A stretch of 63,457 bases of DNA. It comes from Candidatus Omnitrophota bacterium. GTDB taxonomy: Bacteria > Omnitrophota > Gorgyraeia > Gorgyraeales > Gorgyraeaceae. The notes below the pieces were generated by a model that saw nothing but the letters and a program-made list of their open reading frames with translations, was not told the DNA's origin and searched no databases. A program made the translations under genes and the position numbers. Shown here in pieces: positions 10,574 through 18,946 of this stretch. Location of the stretch: positions 1-63,457 of the forward strand of contig JAHJQM010000023.1 of the NCBI GenBank assembly GCA_018819285.1. The letters are read 5' to 3'. The number at the start of each line of letters is the position of its first letter. Positions within the stretch are counted from its first letter, which is position 1.

Positions 10574-10823
10574 GTCATCCATAGTTTATACTGAATTGGA
10601 TAACAGAGAAGCTGTTCTTTTAAATTTTAAGACAAAATGTTTTTACAGGCTTAATGAGGTGGGAGCAAAAATCTGGCAGCTATTGGATGGCAAAAATACT
10701 ATTGGAGAAATAACCGATGCGATAGTAAATGAATATGATGTTGATAAGGATAAGGCATTCAATAGCGTAAATCGTCAGATAAAAAAGCTTATAAAAGAGA
10801 AGATGGTAGAAGTTGCGGTTTAA
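10542..10823 (+). CDS. PqqD-family / RiPP recognition element protein 2
   Basis: EAVLLN...YRLNEVGAKIWQLLDG...EYDV. Confidence 0.9.
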   Translation: MINPKQRLRVKSSIVYTELDNREAVLLNFKTKCFYRLNEVGAKIWQLLDGKNTIGEITDAIVNEYDVDKDKAFNSVNRQIKKLIKEKMVEVAV

Positions 10824-10831
10824 TAGATAAT

Positions 10832-11989
10832 ATGGAAATTATGTCGCGTTATTTTAAATTTTTTCGCGCTTTTACCCTTCAATGGCATATAACTGAGAGA
10901 TGTAATTGGAGCTGCAAGCATTGCTATAGGGAAAAAGAAAGCATGAAAGAGCTGCCATTCGCTAAATTATGCGATATCTTTTTCCAGTATCTGGATTTAC
11001 TTAAAGCTTTAAACCTGCCAAAGGGCCATTCTTATCTCAACTTTGCCGGAGGAGAACCATTTATCAGAAAAGATTTTTTCCGGTTATTGGAATTTGTAAA
11101 TAAATATAATAAAGGCAGGTTTAGTGTAGGTATTTTAACCAATGGCTCTCTTGTTAATGAAAAAAATGTCTTAAAGTTGAAATCTTTAGGCGTTAAGAGG
11201 GTACAATTGAGCCTTGAAGGCATGCGGGAAAACAATGACAATATACGTGAAGAAGGTAGTTTTGATGAGGTAGTTGAGAAAATCAAATTATTGATAAATA
11301 CAGGCATACAAACCGCTATTTCTTTTACGCTGACAAGGAAAAATATGGCTGATGTTCCTGCGGTTGTCCAGCTATGCGACAAGTTAGGAGTGGGAAAGAT
11401 TGGCATAAGGAGGTTTGTTCCTATCGGGAAGGGCAAAGAAAATAAGTTAAATTTATTAAGCCCGGCAGAATTAAGAAAGATGTATCATTGGAAGAGAAAG
11501 ATGCGTATTGAATTAATGGCGAAACATAGCAAGCTTCATATTGCCAATGGATGCGAGGATGGTATATTTAACAGCGCTTTAACAAGAGACATGGCGCGCA
11601 GGAAAGTGTACTGCGGGGTAGTTGAAGGCAGAACATTATCTTTGTTCCCCAATGGCGATGTTTTGGCATGCAGGCGGCTTCCGATAAAAGTGGGCAATGT
11701 CCTGCAAAAGAGCTTGCTGGAAATATATTTTTCTTCAGACACGTTGTGGCAGTTGAGAAATTTGAATAATGCGCACTCTTTATGCCAGAGATGCCGCAAT
11801 TTTAAATTCTGCCATGGAGGAGCGCTGTGCATAAGCCATGCATACTTTAATCAATTCTCTGTTCCGGATCCGCAATGTTGGCGCGTTTTTAAAAAGCCTC
11901 CTCTTCAAACCGCTTTTAAAGGGTGGCCGGAAAAGAAAAACCTACATATAACCACAGCCTTTAGTTCGTCTTTTGCAGATGAAAATTAA
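10832..11989 (+). CDS. Radical SAM/SPASM peptide maturase
   Basis: CNWSCKHC, GGEP, TNG; SPASM cysteines YCG...NGDVLAC...CQRC...FCHGGALC...PDPQC. Confidence 0.92.
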   Translation: MEIMSRYFKFFRAFTLQWHITERCNWSCKHCYREKESMKELPFAKLCDIFFQYLDLLKALNLPKGHSYLNFAGGEPFIRKDFFRLLEFVNKYNKGRFSVGILTNGSLVNEKNVLKLKSLGVKRVQLSLEGMRENNDNIREEGSFDEVVEKIKLLINTGIQTAISFTLTRKNMADVPAVVQLCDKLGVGKIGIRRFVPIGKGKENKLNLLSPAELRKMYHWKRKMRIELMAKHSKLHIANGCEDGIFNSALTRDMARRKVYCGVVEGRTLSLFPNGDVLACRRLPIKVGNVLQKSLLEIYFSSDTLWQLRNLNNAHSLCQRCRNFKFCHGGALCISHAYFNQFSVPDPQCWRVFKKPPLQTAFKGWPEKKNLHITTAFSSSFADEN

Positions 11990-12983
11990 TTTTACATCAT
12001 ATTTTAATATACGCTATAAGTTCACAGAAACATATCTGATAGGAGGTTTATCTGTAAGGATAATGACAAATAGGAGCTCTTTTTATCGCGCTACTGACAA
12101 AATGTATCTTGTCAAAGACATTGTTAAAAAAAAGCAACCTGATATTGCCATGGCAGTCATTTCAGTCGAGCGCCTTTCTCAGATTCCTATAGATATGCCG
12201 CACGAAACAGATTGGCAGCCTGGAGTCTCTGAAGATTTTAAAGGGCCTCAGTATTTTAAAAATATCAAAGATATCAGATATCTCAGGCATCTTGGAAATT
12301 ATGGTGAAATTGCGCCCATGGCGGGGATTTGCCATCAAAATAAAATTTTATTGTTTATCGCAGGCCAGAATAAACCCATGAGTTTTAGAAATTCCATCCG
12401 CATTATATTGCTGTATTTTTTTAGATGCAGAGGTTTTTTTGCCTTACATACAGCTTATTTGACAAAGGATAAGGTTAGTATATTATTTCCTGGCAATAGC
12501 GGATGCGGGAAAACCACTATTTCTATGAATCTTGCCAAGTCTGGTTTTATTTGCCGTGGAGATGATATATCATTTTTATGCCGTTCAAATTCTAAGATAA
12601 AGGCTTATCCGTTTCCAACCAGAATGCTGCGCAGGGATTATAAAAAGGACACGAGAGTATGCATAAGGCACAAAACTTATTATAAAACAGCCTCTACTCC
12701 AGATTTTATTGTCTTTCCAGAGATAACACATAAAAAGAAAAGTAAACTTATACCTCTTTCTTCAAATGAAGCGATGATGAAGATAATCGGAAATCTCATG
12801 TTCTCATCTCTTGAGCCGGTTAGAGATGATCATGTTAAAGCTATGGAGATTTTAAAAAAGCTGGTTAAACAATGCTGTTCTTATCTGCTTCTTGGCGGAA
12901 AAGATATAATAAAGTCCCCTACTAATTTATCTTTGATTTTAAAGAGGTTGATAAAACATAAATATGAAGATATGCATTATTAG
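11973..12983 (+). CDS. HPr kinase-related P-loop kinase (PadeK/ScmC-like)
   Basis: LHTA, GNSGCGKTT Walker A and GDD motifs in the C-terminal half; ATG at 11979 is an alternative start. Confidence 0.75.
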   Translation: MQMKINFTSYFNIRYKFTETYLIGGLSVRIMTNRSSFYRATDKMYLVKDIVKKKQPDIAMAVISVERLSQIPIDMPHETDWQPGVSEDFKGPQYFKNIKDIRYLRHLGNYGEIAPMAGICHQNKILLFIAGQNKPMSFRNSIRIILLYFFRCRGFFALHTAYLTKDKVSILFPGNSGCGKTTISMNLAKSGFICRGDDISFLCRSNSKIKAYPFPTRMLRRDYKKDTRVCIRHKTYYKTASTPDFIVFPEITHKKKSKLIPLSSNEAMMKIIGNLMFSSLEPVRDDHVKAMEILKKLVKQCCSYLLLGGKDIIKSPTNLSLILKRLIKHKYEDMHY

Positions 12984-14205
12984 CAAATATCCTCCAATAG
13001 AAGGCGGGGTATCGTCCGGGATATACTGGTTAGCCAGAGGATTGGGCGAATTAAATCATAAGGTGCACGTTGTTACTAATTGTATGGAGGTTGAAGAGGG
13101 TTACCGCGAGGAAATCTTAGAAGATGAGCCTGGCCAATTTGAACCAAAGAATGTAAAGGTGCATAGCACAACTCTCAATACGCCATTTTTTATTCCTTCA
13201 TACAATCCGTATCTCTCAAAGTTAGTCAATATAGCTATAGAGGTTATAAGAAAATACGACATAGACCTTATCTATTCAGAATATCTTATGCCTTATGGAG
13301 CGGCGGGTTTAATGGCAAAGTATATTACTAAAAAACCATTTATGGCCGCTCATGCTGGAAGCGATATAACTCGGTTATTTGATTCGCCGTCTTTAAAGTC
13401 GTTTTTTATAGAAATATTTAAAGGTGCTGATAAGATATCGACTACGCAGCTGAGCAGCCAGAAAATTTTAAGGAGATGTAAAATAAGCCGGGATAAATTT
13501 ATATTTGGGTTACGCAGATCCATAGACCTTAAAGCGTTTCACCCTGATGTTAAGCCATTAGGCATATCTTTATATTTAAGGAAAAACAAAAAAGAGAAAC
13601 TACCAGCGTTTTTATATTTAGGCAAAGTTTCAAAGCTTAAAAAATCCTTTAATTTTGTAGATGCGTGCAGTATTATAAAAAAAGAAGAATTTAGGCTGAT
13701 ATTTGTGGTGGGCAATAATGAAAGATCATTATTGCTAAGAAAGTATGTCCACTCAAAAGGATTAGGAGAGAAAGCTATATTTCTGCCTTTTCAAGCTCCA
13801 TGGAGAATGCCGGCTCTTATAAATTCAGCCACATGTGTTGTTTCTCCAGAAACCTCTGAAGAGCCTTATCTTCCAAAAAACACGCATTATCCTAAGATTG
13901 CCAGGGAGGCAATGGCATGCGGCAGGTGTGTTATTATCGGGAAAGGCGTGGCTGAAAAAGGGGTATACCGCATGCTGCAGGATGGCGTAAATAGCTATAT
14001 AGTCGATCCTGATAATACAAAGGGGTTTGCGCAAAGATTGCGTTCAATCGTAAAAAATCCTGATATAACAATAAAAATAGGCCAGGAGGCAAGGAGGTTT
14101 TCTGAAAAGACAGAGAATTTTAATGAAAGCATCCAGCAGTGGACCATGGCTTGCAAGGCGCTTTTATTAGAGCATTCTCTCAAGTCAGAAGGCAGATCGC
14201 CATGA
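12964..14205 (+). CDS. Glycosyltransferase family 4 (GT-B) in the RiPP operon
   Basis: MKICIISKYPPIEGG, HAGSDI, EAMACG; overlaps both neighbours. Confidence 0.85.
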   Translation: MKICIISKYPPIEGGVSSGIYWLARGLGELNHKVHVVTNCMEVEEGYREEILEDEPGQFEPKNVKVHSTTLNTPFFIPSYNPYLSKLVNIAIEVIRKYDIDLIYSEYLMPYGAAGLMAKYITKKPFMAAHAGSDITRLFDSPSLKSFFIEIFKGADKISTTQLSSQKILRRCKISRDKFIFGLRRSIDLKAFHPDVKPLGISLYLRKNKKEKLPAFLYLGKVSKLKKSFNFVDACSIIKKEEFRLIFVVGNNERSLLLRKYVHSKGLGEKAIFLPFQAPWRMPALINSATCVVSPETSEEPYLPKNTHYPKIAREAMACGRCVIIGKGVAEKGVYRMLQDGVNSYIVDPDNTKGFAQRLRSIVKNPDITIKIGQEARRFSEKTENFNESIQQWTMACKALLLEHSLKSEGRSP

Positions 14206-14606
14206 AAGATATTTTTCTTTTTGCAAGAGTTTCTTATCTATTTTTTATCCTGCCAGTCATAATACATATAAAACCTCTTCCTGAAATCCTTAAATCATGG
14301 ACGCCTTGCATGTCTCCTAAATTAAGAGAATGGGATATATTAAAGATAACAAAATATCTTGATTTATTTTTTAAGCTGCGAGCGCTATTTTTTAGCAGGC
14401 GAGGGACCTGTCTTAAAAGATCTCTGATTCTTTATAAATTTTTGAGGGAAAAAGGCATTGAAGTCAGGATTAATATAGGCGTAAAAGGCGACAATAAAAA
14501 GATATATGGCCATGCCTGGCTTACGCTAGATGATAAACCATACCTTGCGCAGCCGCAGATAAACGAAGATTTTAAGGTATGTTTTATTTTTCCTCCCCAT
14601 GATTGA
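14202..14606 (+). CDS. Lasso B2-type (transglutaminase-like) leader peptidase
   Basis: TCLKRSL, IGV and GHAWL motifs; ATGA overlap with the upstream gene (track start 14139). Confidence 0.88.
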   Translation: MKDIFLFARVSYLFFILPVIIHIKPLPEILKSWTPCMSPKLREWDILKITKYLDLFFKLRALFFSRRGTCLKRSLILYKFLREKGIEVRINIGVKGDNKKIYGHAWLTLDDKPYLAQPQINEDFKVCFIFPPHD

Positions 14607-14644
14607 TTTAGCGGCTAAAGAATTTATTTCCATCAAGCATATGT

Positions 14645-15583
14645 ATGATATCCATAATAATAGTAAATTATAATAGAAAATATTTGTTGAAAGACTGCAT
14701 AGATTCTATAAAGGCGCAGAGTTTTAGAGATATAGAAATAATAGTAGTGGATAACGGTTCTTCAGATGGCAGCATTGACACAGCTAGCGCTTATTATCCT
14801 GAAGTTAAATTATTACAAAATACAGAAAACTTATTTTTTTGCAAAGCAAATAATCAGGGCGTAAAAGAGACAAAGGGGGATTTTATCCTGTGTTTAAACA
14901 GCGATTGCGTGTTGGATAAGGATTATTTAAAGGAGGCACTCAGCTCTTTTGATCTAGATGAAAAGATAGGCATGGTAAGCGGTAAGATTCTCAGGACGGA
15001 TAAGAAGACAATAGACTCCGCAGGGTTATTTGTAGCAAGGAACAGAAAACCGTTAGAAAGAGGATATGGAAAACATGATAAAGGACAATACGAAAGGCCG
15101 GAATATATATTTGGCGTAAGTGGCTCATGTATGCTTATGAAAAAAATCATGATGGACGATATAAAAGATAAGAACGGGTATTTTGATGAAACCTTTGAGA
15201 TATACTATGAAGACTTAGATTTATGCTGGAGGGCTCAGAAAAAGGGCTGGAAGGCGTATTATAACCCAAAGGCAATAGCGTATCATGAGAGAGGCGCGAC
15301 AGCAATTGTTCATCCTGTCCAACGTAGTGAATCGTCTACGGCGACTCACGGTTTTAGAGGCTATGAATTCAGGCGTATATCAGAGGAATTGAGAAAGAAA
15401 TATATAAGAAATAGATATAAGTGTATAAAAAAAAATGACTCTATGGCAGGATATTTAATAAACTTGCCGTTTATACTATCCTACGAAATTAAGATATATA
15501 GTTATTTAGTTCTCGACTTGGTCTTTAGACTAGCTCGAACAATATGTCCCAAGCGAAGCAGAGAAGAAGAAAAATTTCCTTGA
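14645..15583 (+). CDS. Glycosyltransferase family 2 (paralog of 3803-4690)
   Basis: ISIIIVNYN, IIVVDNGSSD, LNSD, FDETFEIYYEDLDLCWR. Confidence 0.9.
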   Translation: MISIIIVNYNRKYLLKDCIDSIKAQSFRDIEIIVVDNGSSDGSIDTASAYYPEVKLLQNTENLFFCKANNQGVKETKGDFILCLNSDCVLDKDYLKEALSSFDLDEKIGMVSGKILRTDKKTIDSAGLFVARNRKPLERGYGKHDKGQYERPEYIFGVSGSCMLMKKIMMDDIKDKNGYFDETFEIYYEDLDLCWRAQKKGWKAYYNPKAIAYHERGATAIVHPVQRSESSTATHGFRGYEFRRISEELRKKYIRNRYKCIKKNDSMAGYLINLPFILSYEIKIYSYLVLDLVFRLARTICPKRSREEEKFP

Positions 15584-15608
15584 CCATAATCTTTGGGCAT
15601 AGTATAAT
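15580..15608 (+). promoter_or_regulatory. Sigma70 promoter of rpsO-pnp
   Basis: TTGACC-17 nt-TATAAT, followed by GGAGG RBS. Confidence 0.7.
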
Positions 15609-15627
15609 CTGAAATTGGAGGTTAAAA

Positions 15628-15894
15628 GTGATAGTAAAGGAAAGAAAAAAAGAGGTAATAAAGAAGTTTGCTGAACACGAAAAAGATACTGGTTCCTGTA
15701 ATGTGCAGATAGCAATACTTACAGAAAGGATCAATGGCCTTACAGATCATTTCAAGTCCCATAAGAAGGACTTTAATTCAAGGGTCGGGCTTTTACGTAT
15801 GGTTGGCAAGAGAAAAAGGCTTCTGGATTATCTTAAGAAAGAAAACCCGGAAAAATACCGCGAACTCGCTGATAAGCTGAGTTTGAAAAAATAA
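15628..15894 (+). CDS. rpsO: 30S ribosomal protein S15
   Basis: DTGS.VQIAILT.RI..L..H...HKKD..SR.GLL. Confidence 0.98.
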   Translation: MIVKERKKEVIKKFAEHEKDTGSCNVQIAILTERINGLTDHFKSHKKDFNSRVGLLRMVGKRKRLLDYLKKENPEKYRELADKLSLKK

Positions 15895-15897
15895 TGG

Positions 15898-15967
15898 AAG
15901 GCGGATTTAACGACCTGCTGTTAGTTTTTTAGATAGAAAGGCAAAAGGTCTTTAAGTCCGCCTTTTT
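15898..15967 (+). terminator. Long stem-loop with T-tract after rpsO (terminator or processing stem)
   Basis: AAGGCGGATTTA...TAAGTCCGCCTTTTT; loop is large for a classic terminator. Confidence 0.45.
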
Positions 15968-15977
15968 CATAGTATTA

Positions 15978-16035
15978 ACGCAGACTAAAGTCTGCTACTC
16001 CAAAACATGAGGGAGTAGCGAACTTTAGTTCGCGT
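15978..16035. repeat. Inverted pair of GTAG-type REP-like palindromes
   Basis: acgcagactaaagtctgctactcc ... ggagtagcgaactttagttcgcgt. Confidence 0.6.
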
Positions 16036-16058
16036 AAAGATGGCAGAAAAGGAGACAT

Positions 16059-18140
16059 ATGGTTTATAGAGTCGAAAGAAAGATAGGTAAGGAAACGATT
16101 ATTATAGAAACAGGTAATATGGCGAAACAGGCCAATGGCGCAGTGTGCGTGCAGTATGGAGGCACCATGGTTCTGGTTACAGCTGTTTGTTCAAATGAGC
16201 TCAGGGAAGGTATTGATTTTTTTCCGCTTACTGTAGAATACCAGGAAAAAACATACGCAGCAGGCAGGATCCCTGGAGGATTTTTTAAGCGCGAAGGAAA
16301 ACCCACTGAAAAAGAGATCTTAACGTCTAGGCTTATAGACAGGCCGATAAGGCCGCTTTTTCCAAAAGGCTTTGTAAATGATGTTCAGGTTGTTGCAATA
16401 GTGCTTTCAAGCGATGGCCAGAATGACTCTGATATACCTGCGATTATAGGCGCTTCTTGCGCATTGGCTATTTCAGATATACCTTTTACGGGGCCTATAG
16501 GAGCAGTAAGGCTTGGATTAGTAAACGGAGAGTTTGTAATTAACCCTACTTTTAAAGAGCTGGATGAAAGCTCATTGAATCTAGTTTCAACGGGGCTTAA
16601 AGACAGGATTATAATGCTGGAAGCAGGGGCAAATCAGATTTCAGAAGAAAAAATGCTTGAGGCAATAGAGTTAAGTCAGGAGTATATAAAAGTAAGCATA
16701 GAATTGCAGGAAGAACTTAAGAAAAAATGCGGCAAAGAAAAGCAAAAACCTGAATTGAAACTTGTGTCTAGCGAGCTGCATGAAAAAGTAAGAAAGATCG
16801 CCATAGATGAGCTTAAGAAAATAAATGCCCTACCTGCAAAAGAACAGAGAGAAGACGCTTTTAATATTTTAGCCAAGCAGATTATCGAGAAATTAACCCA
16901 GGAAGATGAAGACTTGAGCGAATTTGACATAAAAAATGCGTTGTATGAAGTAGAAAAAACCGAGGTTAGAAAGTTTATTCTGGAGAAAAAAATAAGAATA
17001 GACACTAGAAAATATGAAGACATAAGGCCTATAAGCTGCGAAGTAGGTCTTTTGCCAAGGACTCACGGTTCAGGCCTTTTTACAAGAGGCCAGACCCAAA
17101 GCTTATCAATCACCACGCTTGGCACCAGCCAGGATGAGCAGAGGATGGATACGCTTGAGGGCGAAAAATTCAAAAGTTTCATGCTGCATTATAATTTTCC
17201 ACCTTTTAGCGTGGGAGAGACAAAGCCGATGAGAGGGCCTGGCAGGCGCGAGATTGGGCATGGCGCATTAGCAGAAAGAGCGCTTAAGGCAGTAATGCCT
17301 TCGAATAAAGAGTTTCCTTATACAGTCAGAGTTGTGTCAGAGATACTTGAGTCAAACGGTTCTAGCAGTATGGCAACTGTTTGCGCTAGCGCTCTTTCTT
17401 TGATGGACGCAGGTGTTCCTATTGCGAAGCCTGTTTCAGGTATAGCTATGGGCCTGATAAAAGAAGGCAATGACTCAGCTATATTAACTGATATTGCGGG
17501 ATTAGAGGATCATTATGGAGATATGGATTTTAAAGTGACAGGCACTGATTCAGGCGTAACTGCGCTTCAGATGGATCTTAAGATAGATGGAATAGATATG
17601 AATTTAATTAGAAGGATAGTTAAACAGGCGAATCCTGCAAGGGCGTTTATCTTAAACAAAATAGTAGAAACAATAAATGCGCCCAGAAAAGAATTATCAG
17701 AATATGCGCCAAGGATAACCACATTAATGATAGACAAGGAGAAAATAGGAGCTTTAATAGGGCCGGGCGGCAAAGTTATAAAAAAGATAATTCAGGATAC
17801 AGGGGCTACGATAGAGGTGGATGATGAAGGAAAGGTTTCTGTGGCTTCTGACAATGAAGATTCAGCTAAAAGAGCCATTGAGATAATAAAAGGCATTACA
17901 AGCGAGCCTGAAGTAGGCACGATTTACGAAGGCACTATAAAGCGCCTCATGAACTTTGGCGCATTCTGCGAGATATTTCCAGGCAAGGAAGGCCTGATAC
18001 ATGTTTCCGAGCTTTCAGACAAGTTTGTTAAAAACGCGGAAGATGCCGTTAAGATCGGAGACAAGGTCAGAGTAAAACTCATTAAGATAGACGAGATGGG
18101 CAGGTTGAACCTGAGCATCAAACAAGCAATGAGCAGTTAA
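16059..18140 (+). CDS. pnp: Polyribonucleotide nucleotidyltransferase
   Basis: GRIPGGFFKRE, RREIGHGALA, GDMDFKV, KH and S1 domains. Confidence 0.98.
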   Translation: MVYRVERKIGKETIIIETGNMAKQANGAVCVQYGGTMVLVTAVCSNELREGIDFFPLTVEYQEKTYAAGRIPGGFFKREGKPTEKEILTSRLIDRPIRPLFPKGFVNDVQVVAIVLSSDGQNDSDIPAIIGASCALAISDIPFTGPIGAVRLGLVNGEFVINPTFKELDESSLNLVSTGLKDRIIMLEAGANQISEEKMLEAIELSQEYIKVSIELQEELKKKCGKEKQKPELKLVSSELHEKVRKIAIDELKKINALPAKEQREDAFNILAKQIIEKLTQEDEDLSEFDIKNALYEVEKTEVRKFILEKKIRIDTRKYEDIRPISCEVGLLPRTHGSGLFTRGQTQSLSITTLGTSQDEQRMDTLEGEKFKSFMLHYNFPPFSVGETKPMRGPGRREIGHGALAERALKAVMPSNKEFPYTVRVVSEILESNGSSSMATVCASALSLMDAGVPIAKPVSGIAMGLIKEGNDSAILTDIAGLEDHYGDMDFKVTGTDSGVTALQMDLKIDGIDMNLIRRIVKQANPARAFILNKIVETINAPRKELSEYAPRITTLMIDKEKIGALIGPGGKVIKKIIQDTGATIEVDDEGKVSVASDNEDSAKRAIEIIKGITSEPEVGTIYEGTIKRLMNFGAFCEIFPGKEGLIHVSELSDKFVKNAEDAVKIGDKVRVKLIKIDEMGRLNLSIKQAMSS

Positions 18141-18176
18141 CTTTACAAATGGTGCCTGGCACGAATTGTAAAGTTA
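18138..18176. repeat. Palindrome family B (AACTTTACAA-N17-TTGTAAAGTT), copy 1
   Basis: Overlaps the pnp stop; same arms and spacing as 34024-34060. Confidence 0.7.
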
Positions 18177-18195
18177 GCGAATAGAAATATACGCT

Positions 18196-18945
18196 ATGGG
18201 ATTTTTAGATGCGGTGATTTCAGGGGTGGTGCAGGGCATAGCAGAGTTTTTGCCGATTTCAAGCTCGGGCCATTTAGTTATTTTGCATAAATTAACGGGT
18301 TTTAATGAGCCTGAAATCCTTTTCGACATATTTTTGCATCTTGGGACTCTGGCAGCTATATTTATAATATTTGGCAAAGAGATAATAGAAAGCGTAACTA
18401 CTAAAAAAAGAATAGGCTTATTAATTTTAGTAAGCACTTTGGTAACATTTGGTTTTGTTTGGTTCTTTATTAAAAACATAGAGGCCGCATTTAGCGATGT
18501 AAGGATAGTCGGCATTATGGTCATAGTAACAGGCCTATGGCTTATAGCGGGCAATTTTATAAGACTCGGAACAGAAGGTATGACGGTTTTTAAAGCAGGT
18601 TTGATTGGCTTGGTTCAGGGTATAGCGGCTTTGCCTGGCTTATCCAGAAGCGGTGCCACAATTTCCACAGGATTATTTTTAGGGCTTGACGGACAGGCTG
18701 CTGCAAAATTCTCGTTTTTATTATCTATCCCGGCAATACTAGGGGCATTTTTATTTAAAATCAAGGAAATAGGGTTTAATTTTACAGGTATAAATATAAA
18801 TTATTTCATTGGATTTTTTATATCTTGTATTGTGGGGATTTTTTCGCTAAAGCTATTGTTAAGGATACTGTATAAAAATAAATTTCACTGGTTTGGGGCG
18901 TATTGTATCTTATTGGGAATAACAGTATTATTGTTCGTAAGATAG
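18196..18945 (+). CDS. uppP: Undecaprenyl-diphosphate phosphatase
   Basis: QGIAEFLPISSSGHL; PGLSRSGATI. Confidence 0.96.
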   Translation: MGFLDAVISGVVQGIAEFLPISSSGHLVILHKLTGFNEPEILFDIFLHLGTLAAIFIIFGKEIIESVTTKKRIGLLILVSTLVTFGFVWFFIKNIEAAFSDVRIVGIMVIVTGLWLIAGNFIRLGTEGMTVFKAGLIGLVQGIAALPGLSRSGATISTGLFLGLDGQAAAKFSFLLSIPAILGAFLFKIKEIGFNFTGININYFIGFFISCIVGIFSLKLLLRILYKNKFHWFGAYCILLGITVLLFVR

Positions 18946-18946
18946 G

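Noticed and set aside
9868-14606. Canonical lasso peptide cluster
   Set aside because: No lasso cyclase in the window, and the core has no Asp/Glu at positions 7-9 for a macrolactam
18134-18178. Integron attC site (TAAC...GTTAG ends)
   Set aside because: Too short, flanked by core housekeeping genes, and no integron integrase
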